The translations under genes were made by a program, and so were the position numbers. This document shows positions 41,967 to 51,806 of a stretch of DNA of 64,000 nt, in pieces. Positions within the stretch are counted from its first letter, which is position 1, and every line of letters begins with the position of its first letter. The DNA is from Cirrosporium novae-zelandiae (lineage: Eukaryota): positions 496,001-560,000 of the forward strand of contig JAPETS010000018.1 in NCBI GenBank assembly GCA_026023565.1. The letters are read 5' to 3'. Under the pieces are notes generated by a model, which worked only from the letters and a program-made list of their open reading frames with translations, did no database searches and was not told the DNA's origin.

Positions 41967-42200
41967 ATGACTCAATACGTCGCTTGTAATAGCTGCGGAA
42001 AACACAAGGATTGCGAGGCTTACACGGTCAATTCAAGCTCAAAGATGTATTGTAACCGCTGTGCAAAAGATAAAGGATTAAAGGTAAAGAAAGGGGTTGA
42101 TTTCTGTTGTGTCGATTTTTTTTCTCTCTGGGATGGATCCCTCCCCCCCCCTCTTTTGTTCTTTTTTTTTAGGATTAACTAATTTTTCAGTTAGACTTGA
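41967..42200 (+). CDS. Candidate zinc-binding microprotein (about 40-55 aa)
   Basis: TATATATAAA at 41761. 5'-UTR intron GTAAGT(41866)...CTGAT...TAG(41929). Strong AAAC-ATG context. Reads MTQYVACNSCGKHKDCEAYTVNSSSKMYCNRCAKDKGLK, then a GTAAAG donor and CTAAT...CAG/TAG acceptors at about 42190-42194. The 3' end is uncertain. Confidence 0.55.
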
Positions 42201-42636
42201 TGAGAATAACAATAGTTCAAACAGAAAAAGTTCGAAGATAGGAAGGTAGGAAGGTACGGAAAGGAAACGATAAGAGTTATGGGTTGGAAAAAATAGTATG
42301 CAGCTTGATGATATTTATTTATGCTCTCGAGATATAAGGGGACAGGGGGTTATAATTATGGATAGTACTCCACGAGGCATTGTGTATGCATTGGTCAAAT
42401 TACAAGGATCGATATTAATCCTTAACCTACGCATCTATACCCCCCCCCTCCCTCTGACATAATTTATCTCTATCTAAACTCCCCATCTCCCACCTCCCCT
42501 TTCTCCCTCTATATAATGATAACCACCGCCCAGAAATAATAAAATTGAAATACATGACCCAAGTTTCAACAACCCCCCATCTCATCAATTATTACTGGAT
42601 GTATATATATATACCGTCACAATACTTATTTCCATC

Positions 42637-42755
42637 ACATACGACCACAGGCTCAAGAGAACTGGGCATCCCGTCCGCTCTGCCATACATAAACTTGAGA
42701 CCGGCCGGTTAGTAGTTGGGTCGGTGACGACCAGCGAATACCGGCTGTTGTATGT
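42637..42755 (+). rRNA. Dispersed 5S rRNA gene, 119 nt
   Basis: ACATACGACCACAGG...CCCGTCCGCTCTGCCATAC...GGTTAGTAGTTGGGTCGGTGACGACCAGCGAATAC...TGTTGTATGT. The 5' and 3' ends pair (helix I). An oligo-T Pol III terminator follows and a TATA lies about 30 bp upstream. Confidence 0.96.
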
Positions 42756-42789
42756 TTTTTTGCTTTCATGGTAGATATTATTTTATTTT

Positions 42790-42825
42790 CAGTGTTGTTG
42801 TAAATAGACTAGACCGACCAAAGCA
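42790..42825. mobile_element. MITE-like terminus, copy 2 (internally deleted end)
   Basis: CAGTGTTGTTG-TAAATAGAC-TAGACCGACCA-AAGC matches, in order, blocks of the reverse complement of 58325-58467. Confidence 0.55.
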
Positions 42826-42907
42826 AGTTCTTGACTTTGCAGATTGAATCAGACTGAGGGGGTTGATCTGGCTGCTTTTTAGGCCGCCCTTTGGCCTTTT
42901 GGGTCGC

Positions 42908-43352
42908 TGTGAGGGCAACGCTGAGTACTAGGAGTGTGGCGAAAATGACTATATACATAAGCGATAGTAGTAATAATAGAATAATAGCTGACTCGCATGC
43001 AAGGCTCGAGCAGTGATGGTAGCTCCGAAGTGACTTCCGTAGTAGATACAAAATTTGAACGTTGCTTTGTTATTCTAAGCAACTGGTGTGGATTGCTGAA
43101 CATATGCTTTCCTAAACAGTTGTTGGACCTAACCGGTTACGGTTAGGGTACAAGTTTGCATAGTTTGCTTAGTAGATATTACCGCTCAGCGGCTTACAAC
43201 TTAATTAATACATCATTCAACCTTGCAAAATTGCACCTTGCAGTTCCTTGCTTACCAGCAACGTTCTCCCTTTTAAAAAGGTAGGCGCGCGTTGTGCTAG
43301 TTAGGCGCATGCGACCAGCATACACATCCCTAAGGCTTGGCGCGCCTTAACA
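42908..43352. mobile_element. Solo LTR (445 bp)
   Basis: TGTGAGGGC...GCCTTAACA termini (TG...CA, 7/9 inverted match). Flanked by a perfect 5-bp direct repeat GTCGC at 42903-42907 and 43353-43357. It interrupts a GTCGCCCTTTGGCCYTTTGG tandem repeat. Confidence 0.8.
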
Positions 43353-43508
43353 GTCGCCCTTTGGCCCTTTGGGTCGCCCTTTGGCTCTTTGCATAATCGT
43401 GGTAATTTTATATAAAATGGGGAGGGATAGATGCTTTCATCTTCATCAACCTCAACATCACCGATTATTTCATAGTATCCTCTTTGTTATTATATTTCAA
43501 CCCCTAAC

Positions 43509-44498
43509 ATGACTTCAAGATACGCTGCCGCTCACCTTAACACCAAAGGCCCTGGTGATAGCCGGCCAACTGCTCTTCAGATCGTCAAAGACAATGGACT
43601 TGAAGGCCAGCTTGTTGGAAAGGTGGCATTTATCACCGGCTGCTCCTCTGGCATCGGAATCGAGACCGCCCGAGCGCTAGCTGCAACTGGCGCAACAGTC
43701 TTTTGCACGGCTCGGGACATGGAGAAGGGGAAGTCGGCTCTGGCTGACTTTCTCGAACCAGGCCGTGTTGAATTGTTGAAGCTGGACCTGAGCTCATTCG
43801 ATAGCGTACGAGCTTGTGCCAAAGAGTTCCTCGAAAAGAGCAAAACACTGAATATCCTGGTCAACAATGCAGGTGTTATGACCTGCCCCGAGAGCAGAAC
43901 GGCCGATGGCTTTGAGACTCAGTTTGGGACCAACCATCTCGCCCATTTCTTGCTCTTTAATCTCCTTAAGCCTGTCCTCTTAGCTTCATCAACACCAGAT
44001 TTCAACTCCCGCGTCGTCAGTGTCAGTTCAACGGAACACCGTTATGTCAAAGGCATTAATTTCGAAAATTTCAACTTAGAAGGAATTTACGATCCCAGGA
44101 CTGCTTATGGGCAAAGCAAGCTAGCCAACATCTACATGGCTAACGAAATCGAACGTCTCTATGGTGGAAAGGGCTTGCATGCTTTCAGTCTGCATCCTGG
44201 TGGTATCTCTTCAGGCCTGCAGAGGTATGTACCCGCGGCAATCATGGCAGCGCTGAGTGGAGATGAAAAAATCAAAAATCATATGAAGAGTCCTGAGCAG
44301 GGAGCCGCGACTACTATTTGGGCGGCTGTTGGCAAGGAGTTGGAAGGAAAGGGTGGACAGTATCTGGAAAATTGTGGAGCTGGTCAACTAGTGAAGGAGA
44401 GTTATGAAATGCTTCATACCGGATATGGGCCGATGGCCTTTAATCAAGAAAACGAGGAGAAGTTGTGGGCGGAATCGCTAAAGATGGTAGGACTTTAG
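43509..44498 (+). CDS. Short-chain dehydrogenase/reductase (retinol dehydrogenase/WWOX-like)
   Basis: TGCSSGIG, NNAGVM, QFGTNHLAHF, YGQSK and LHPG motifs in an intronless 329-aa ORF. Confidence 0.95.
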   Translation: MTSRYAAAHLNTKGPGDSRPTALQIVKDNGLEGQLVGKVAFITGCSSGIGIETARALAATGATVFCTARDMEKGKSALADFLEPGRVELLKLDLSSFDSVRACAKEFLEKSKTLNILVNNAGVMTCPESRTADGFETQFGTNHLAHFLLFNLLKPVLLASSTPDFNSRVVSVSSTEHRYVKGINFENFNLEGIYDPRTAYGQSKLANIYMANEIERLYGGKGLHAFSLHPGGISSGLQRYVPAAIMAALSGDEKIKNHMKSPEQGAATTIWAAVGKELEGKGGQYLENCGAGQLVKESYEMLHTGYGPMAFNQENEEKLWAESLKMVGL

Positions 44499-44883
44499 AG
44501 GGTAGAAGATAAATCTTTATTAGCACCAACATGAATAAAGTGCAGTATATACTATGCCTGTTTTCCACAGTGAGCCTCAAGTTAATACTCAATCTAGTAA
44601 TCATAGTTAATCACACGGGGGAAGAGTTGATGAAAGAGATAAATTAGAACTGGATTCAGGCTTTAGTGAAAGGTGAAAGCTAAATATAGATAGCAAGTTA
44701 TTTTGTACTGGGATTCAAGACATAGGCGGATCGTTCCAATTTTCAATTGGCCGAATGGTTTCACAGATGATGCAGTGGATGCAGCAAAATCATATGAACA
44801 CCTCAGAATTGTAGAAATCAACGACATACCTTTGTCTCTTGAGAGTTTATCCCATACTCGAATTCTTTAATCTCTTTGAAGAA

Positions 44884-46273
44884 ATGCCTTTCAAAGTCGC
44901 TATTGTTGGCGGTGGAATCTGTGGCCTATACACTGCCCTGTCGATCCATCAGCACTGTTCAAATGAGGACATTGTGATTAATGTGTACGAGCAAGCCCCG
45001 CATTACAAGGAAATTGGTGCCGGTGTGGGCTTGGGTGTCAATGCAGCGAAACTTTTCCATCGAATGGGACTTGGAAACGACCTGAATGCCATCACTGGGG
45101 ATCGAAATGGGGTGTGGATGGCCTTTCGTCGATATGACAATGGCCATGAAATTGTGTCTTTGCCGACAGACGATAGTTTGAAGGTTAGACAAGGTTCAGT
45201 GCATCGGGCAGAATTACTAGAACTACTCTGTCAAACCATCAAAAATAGAGACGCTGCGACACTCCATACAAATAAAACTTTCATAAAGGTCACGGTAGGT
45301 TTCAACTGTGTTGGCAAATTTGGCTTAGAATTCTCACCATCTGCTAGGAATGTGAAAGTTCGATGATGATCCACTTTAGAGATGGATTGACTGAAAGCGC
45401 AGACCTCGTTGTTGGATGTGATGGTATCCATTCAAAGGTTAGATCGCAGTTTATTTCTGATCATCCCACCTACAGTGGTGAAATTGCTTGGAGAGGATTG
45501 GTAAATATGGAAAATCTCAAGACTTGGTGGCCTTATCAAACTTACGCCGGTAGTTGGTTGGCAAAAGGCAGACATTTCGTTCATCACCCAATAAGTCAGA
45601 ATAAGTTCCTTAGCGTTGCTGCCTTTGTTATAAAAAAGGAGTGTGAGATAGGAGACCTCGATGAGAGTTGGACGTCCATAGGTACTAAAGTAGAGTTGGA
45701 GGATGACTTTCAGGGATTTGACTTGACCATACAAAGGATTATTTCACATATGCCAACAACTCCATCAAGGTGGAAGATTCTTGATCGAGAGCCACAGGAA
45801 CAATGGGTATTTGGTGACGGAAAGATAGTATTGGCCGGAGATGCCGCGCACGCCATGCTTCCCCACCAAGGTTCGCAGGTCTCATACTCACTGATAAGTA
45901 ATGGCACTAACTTTATCGAAAAGCTCAAGGGGCAGGTCAATCCATCGAAGATGGTTATATCTTAGGTCGAATAATGCAAGACTACTTCCGCTCTGGGGGC
46001 TCTTCCATTAAAGGTAACCTTGCTCGATGGCTAAACCTGTATGAGTCAGTCCGTCTCCCTCGTGCGCAAAAAGCCCAGCAAACATCACGAGAAGCTGGTG
46101 ATATATTTGAGATGCGGACAGATGATATGAAAGATAGATCCTATGATGAGTGTATTCCCGAGGTGGCTGAGAGGATCAGACATCGAATGAAATGGCTATG
46201 GTTTGAAGACATTGATACTGCATATGAAAAAGCCAGAAGCTCGGAACATGAAGCGGGTGAACAACGGAATTAA
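44884..46273 (+). CDS. FAD-dependent monooxygenase, salicylate-hydroxylase-like (3 exons)
   Basis: VAIVGGGICG, EIGAGVG, VHRAELL, VVGCDGIHS and LAGDAAHAMLPHQG|SGAGQSIED motifs. Confidence 0.92.
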
Positions 46274-46589
46274 GCTTGATGCCAATAAAAGTAACGAGGT
46301 CGTGGAAAGAAAGCTCTAGTTCAGCCAAGGCGTACAATCATCTTCCTAAGAAAGTAGTTCCTAATAATGTCGTTGGTCGTTGGTGGGTAGACTATTCGGT
46401 ATTCGGAATCACAGGCATCTCCGAAGTTGCATCACAAGCTTCGGCTGATAGGCTAGTTCGTTAAGTTCCTGAATCCATCAAACGTTGGCTCTGATAGAGA
46501 TGACAACTGGTGAATTATTCTAGCTAGGAATCGTTACTTTCTACCTAGTGTGCGTCATGTGACTAGGGGGAACCAGCACGCCCGTAACA

Positions 46590-46638
46590 GGCTCTATGCT
46601 GGCTCTACGCTGGCTCTGCGTACGTTGGCTCTACGTTG
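46590..46638. repeat. Imperfect 11-bp tandem repeat (GGCTCTACGCT, about 4 units)
   Basis: Direct reading of the sequence. Confidence 0.75.
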
Positions 46639-46838
46639 TGCTGTGGTAGATCTGTTATATCCCCAAAATTTGATAAAACACCTTCTTATCTCCTAGAAAC
46701 CTCTTCAATTGAATTCGATTCTTCTTGTTCATAATTTAGGAAACCAAACCTCGCTATTCGTGACAGAAGCCATTGACATATTCGGCCCCGCATTGGTCTT
46801 GTCGCGTGATAAAATTACTCAGGTTCGCGACTATCAAT

Positions 46839-47527
46839 ATGGCAGCGCCCACAGAGAAGACGATTCAAAACCTTAACGGAAGATGGACCATGGTATGTCT
46901 ATTACACATCTGATTATATGAGTTGAATTCCCACTGATCAAGTCAATTGTATTATAGAATACAACCCTTTCTTCTCCCTTCGAGCCCATTCTTGCTCTTC
47001 AGGGTGTTTCTTGGCTCCTACGTAAAGCTCTCGGGGTTGCAACGATAACCCTGCATATATCCGAATACAAGGCTCCCCCGGGTCAAGGAAGAAGCGGTGG
47101 GGATGATGAGGGAAAAGATGTTGTTCATATCGATATCGATCAAACAGCTTCCCCAGGAAATATCAAAGGGACGAGCGAATTACGTACTATCAATTGGGTC
47201 CCGGGTGAATCTGAAAGTTATATCTTTGGGCATGTGCGTGGTAGAGCCCGGTTCCTTACCACCAAGGAAATTGGATCGGACGAGCCTGGGGAGGCTTTGG
47301 ATGAGAATGAAGTCGAGTTTCTGAAAAGTGATTGGGACTCTGAAGAAGTCATGGAGAGCTGGGTAAAGAATCTGGACGCCAATGGGGGCTGGACGGCTGA
47401 ACAGATATGGGGGTTTGCAGATGTGAAGGGTGAAAGAAGGCATGTCAGGAAAGTGATAATTAAGAAGGGAAAGGACATCCAGAGGGGTACTCTGATATAT
47501 GATTGGGTGGGGGAACAAGCCGATTAA
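46839..47527 (+). CDS. Conserved fungal lipocalin/calycin-like protein (family often labelled LCCL-domain protein), 2 exons
   Basis: MAAPTEKTIQNLNGRWTM|NTTLS...ILALQGVSWLLRKA...IFGHVRG...GWTAEQIWGF...GERRHVR. Intron at about 46893-46957. Confidence 0.8.
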
Positions 47528-47832
47528 AGATGTGGGAGGACTTGAATTAAGCGAAAACCTACTTTGTCTTTTCCATCCCTCTTCTCACCTACCTAGGTAG
47601 TTTATATCAATCCTAGAGCACCATACTTGCACACTTCTTCAACTACTTGTAGCCATCGGCACCATGCAGAGACAAACTTGGGCTATCGAAAATTTATTTT
47701 CGTTTACGTCACCAGGGTAGATATGCAGGGCATAACAATGAGTCGAAAGTCGGTAAGAACAGTTACATTATCGGCTGGGTGGATCCAATAATCAGGTAAT
47801 GCATGAAAGAAATTCAAGTGCGTACCCATTCT

Positions 47833-48558
47833 CTATAACCTTGATATGTCACTTCTTTTGAGTAAAACCCCATCCAATGCACGTGGAAACTGTACACAGA
47901 CCCCTCTCTTATCTGTAACTGGTCCTAACTCCACCTCCTCGCAGTCTTCTAGGCCAACCCCATTCGCGAATTGCACAACCACAAAATCAATTGGTCCTTT
48001 TCCAATCACGGCCATAGGTGCATGCCAGACTCCAGCTCCATATGTAACAGCCTGCCCACCGTGCGCAATAAAAGCCTTTAATTGGGGCAGGTCTGGAGGT
48101 TGGTTTGGGGTTGAGCGACCTGAGGCGGTTTTAACTGCTGAAGCTGTATTAGGGGCGACAATGACAAGGTATCTGGTTTCCTCGTCTTTCGATGAAACAC
48201 CAATTGGAATGAATGTTTGGGTTGTAAAAGGGTGACGCTCGAGAATTGGGACTGGGAACACCATCTCAGATCTCAGCGTAGTTGTTGATTTTCTTCGAAG
48301 CACGGTCCTTGATTCAAGCTTTCGTGGAGAGCAGACGAACATGGTCATAACTGCTTTTTCAGGCTTGGAACTTGGAGCAAGCTTATAATTATTGATCACA
48401 CGTGAGACATCGAGGTACTTCAGAGCTGTGCCCTGGTTGGCGGTAACTGCTTGGGAGGCATTCCGGGGATTCTCGATAACGTAGCCAAAAGGAGAAAAGG
48501 CTTCGGGGGTCAGGGGTTCGATGTCAATGTCAATTGATAAAGCTGAAATATGATGCAT
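47833..48558 (-). CDS. DAL3: Ureidoglycolate lyase/hydrolase (purine-allantoin catabolism)
   Basis: EPLTPEAFSPFG, ANQGTA, LERHPFTTQTFIP and YGAGVWHAPM motifs. Confidence 0.92.
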   Translation of the reverse strand: MHHISALSIDIDIEPLTPEAFSPFGYVIENPRNASQAVTANQGTALKYLDVSRVINNYKLAPSSKPEKAVMTMFVCSPRKLESRTVLRRKSTTTLRSEMVFPVPILERHPFTTQTFIPIGVSSKDEETRYLVIVAPNTASAVKTASGRSTPNQPPDLPQLKAFIAHGGQAVTYGAGVWHAPMAVIGKGPIDFVVVQFANGVGLEDCEEVELGPVTDKRGVCVQFPRALDGVLLKRSDISRL

Positions 48559-49476
48559 GGTTTGGTGTTTGAAAAATGTTTCGAGAGGAGGAAATTGATT
48601 TCTATTTTGAATACAAAATGCCTTTGAAGCAGAGATTAGGGAAATTCAAAAAGTTATGACAAGCAGGGTCCATATCTCCTCCTTATCTCCGGAAGAACCT
48701 CGGTCTTTTTTCTCTTCAGAAATCCGAAGATGTATCGAACCTGATATAATGATTAACGCCTACCTACATAACTAACATTATTGATTACATATCCTGATGG
48801 ATGATAGCACTGCCTTTTAAAATATTTACTTTTATGGTGGTATATACTCTACAATAAAAAGCAAGAAGTTGACACGACATTTTGTCTTCATTCACCCCAG
48901 ATGGAACCAGGGCAGAACCATTGAACTTGCTCATGTTGCAGGCAATTGCAGTACTGAACATGGATATTTGACTCATGTATAATGGTCAGATATTCAATCT
49001 ACATACCTAAGGTAGTATATTCGGCATCTTCCAACCACCGAGGCTTTCAACCGAGTATTTATTATGATCCCAACCTTCTTAGTTGCATAGAGGAGGGGCA
49101 AACTGCCAATGGAAATTATCACCGACTGCTGACCATCTCGATTGTTTAACGTCTAGAAGAATGAGTGATACCCTAAAGCTAGTTTCAATGTCAAATATGC
49201 TAAACAACAACTCCTGAATTAGCTCCTTGGTGTTCACGAGTTTTTGGCTATCCCATCAATCTCTCCTCTAGGCACCAAGTAGATGGTCCCATGGTTCTGG
49301 TAAGCTCATCACCCGAAGCGTTGAAGTGCAATACTTCTCCACCATCCGTTCTCTTTTCTTTCCCATTTCACTCTCATTTTGCCAGTTGTCAGCCGTACAA
49401 TATTGAAAACTCAAGTCTCAGCTCGGTAAATTGAAAAGCTAATCAAGAACCTGAGAGAGTGATTAGCTTTATCGCG

Positions 49477-50960
49477 ATGACTACACAACAAGCTCCTGCG
49501 GAAGATGTATACTAGCTCCACCTATTCTGGGAGTTATGCTGATGCTCATGAAGACAGAAAACGATGCTACTACTGATGATACTATCAGCGAAGTGCAGGT
49601 TTTATCACTTCGGTCATAATGTTTAATCGCTAACTTATTTTCACTTCCAGCAACAGCCTTATCCAGTCCGTTACTTCTTCCGTCTATAACTTTAGGAAAG
49701 AGAACGGTCGCACGTACCATGCATACAAAGAGGGAGGTAGGTTCATATCTGAATATACGGTCTCGTACCTAGCGCATATTAACAAACCAACAAAATAGCA
49801 TATCCCTATCCAAATGATGAAGTATGGACCTCTGCTGTCTCGTTTAAAAGGCTCTACTGATATCTTTCCAAAGCGAGAGATAAATCGTTTAGGTAGTTTA
49901 CATTCACAGCACCCTACATTTCGATTTCGATTAATTGTTGGTAGATTTACAGCATGAGCTTTACCTCCGTACGCTAGGCCAGAAGCTGTACCTCGCACCT
50001 CTGAAATCCCTCCATGAAGTTCTAGACGTTGGTACTGGATCTGGGATCTGGGCCATTGATTTCGGTAAGAACTGGGCCGGCTCGACAGTGTTTTAAACTA
50101 ATGCTGAATTTTACAGCTGATGAGCATCCTTCTGCGCGAGTTTGCGGAACAGACTTAAGTCCTAACCAGCCGGCTTAGTTTGTCTAATCTTTCTTGACTG
50201 ATTGCAATCACTCACACGATATAGCATACCACCAAACTGTGAATTTCTGATTGATGATGCCAACGAGGCGTGGACTTTCAACCGTGAATTCGACTACGTT
50301 CACTGCCGTCAACTCCATACCGCAATTGAGGAGAAGAAGCTCTTCCAGCAAGCATTCAGGTATCAACCCCCAACTTTAAACCTGAATCAATTCTCTCAAT
50401 GAGCATACTGACATTGGGAATGCCCAGCAACCTTAAACCTGGCGGCTGGATCGAAATGCAAGAGCTCGCCCAACCTGTCTGCTGTGACGACGGAACCATA
50501 CCAGATGATTGCCTTCTTAAGCAGTGGTGCATGAATATGCTCAAAGCGGCGGAGAAAGGCGGCCACCATCTTGACAACCCCCCAAAGTACAAAATGTGGA
50601 TCGAGGAAGCCGGATTCATCAACGTCCACGAAGAGCGTTTGAAATGGCCAATGAATCCATGGCCGGAGGATGAGGAAATGAAGACGCTTGGTCAATGGGC
50701 GGTCACAAATGCAATGTCAGGGCTGAATGGATTTACCATGGCGCAGTTTACCAGGCATCTGGGCTGGTCTTCGGGTGAAGTTGAGGTGTTCTTGGCAGGA
50801 GTAAGAAAGGATCTTATGAACCAGAGCATCCATGGCTATTGGGCCGTGTAAGTCTTCCTTCAATGACCACTTCTTATTAGAAGTCATTATTGACATGCAG
50901 AATAGCTATGTGGTCTACGGACAGAAGCCCGGAGATGCCGAGGGGGATGAGTGGGCATGA
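49477..50960 (+). CDS. LaeA-like class I SAM-dependent methyltransferase (many small exons)
   Basis: Spliced motifs YNFRKENGRTYHAYKEG, YPYPNDE, RLDLQH, VLDVGTGSGIWAIDF, GTDLSP, PPNCEFLIDDA, LKPGGWIE and VYGQKP. Confidence 0.9.
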
Positions 50961-51806
50961 CTGGACACTCGTATTATGGCCATGGATGAAATGTTATAAT
51001 ATTTGTTTTGCTATGACTGCAATCTTCGGCTACAGGCAGCAGTAGTCCTATAAATTGAAATGTTCCTCGGATATAATTCCCCCCCAACCGTGATGGTCAA
51101 GCGCGAATTGTAGCGTGCCACTTTGTACGTCTTGGCATTAAGAACCTCCTGAAACATTAACCAAATCCTGTTCCAACCATCCCATCCATCCTTCATCGAC
51201 TTTTCACATCATTTACCTTTGTTCTAACCTTTCTAACAATAATATTCCTATCTAAACATAAACCACAGCCTGCTCTTAGAGCAGACAGCAATCATTTTAA
51301 CCTATGTAAGCTACATCGTAAATTCCGAAACTTACTTCTAGGTACTGTACCTGGCAACAAGCTGAACAGCTGTACAGTACAGTACAGTAGAAACAAAACC
51401 TCTACCTAACCTACCTCAAGACACCAAGAAATAAATTTAAAACAAAAAGTATTGAATTTTTTTTCTCTTCTTCTGAATAGGTACATGGAAAAACGAACCC
51501 GCGTCATATCTCACACACTCTCCAGAATGATTAATTAAACAAAAATCACGCGCGCTGCCTGAATGGGGTATCTTTTTTTCCCTCTCCTCTTCTCCTCGCT
51601 GCATTATCAGCTTTTTTTGTATAGTACATGCTATGGAGAAGCACGAAAAAAGCGATGAATATGAATCCGAAGCGCCGAACGTTCCCTTTCGAAAATAGAT
51701 TTTTTCTTCTTTTTCATTTTTCTTTCTATTAAAGTACTTTCCCTGCAGCATCTTTCAATGCGTATAATATTGAAGACGTGTGTGCACTTTAATGCTGTCA
51801 GCTAGA

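Noticed and set aside
48680..48730. Possible UaY/Ppr1-type site upstream of the ureidoglycolate lyase gene
   Set aside because: CGG/CCG triplets are present but not in the TCGG-N6-CCGA spacing. Only a single clear GATAA site.
43509..50960. SDR / monooxygenase / methyltransferase run as a biosynthetic cluster
   Set aside because: No PKS, NRPS or terpene synthase in the window, and the run includes a primary-metabolism gene.
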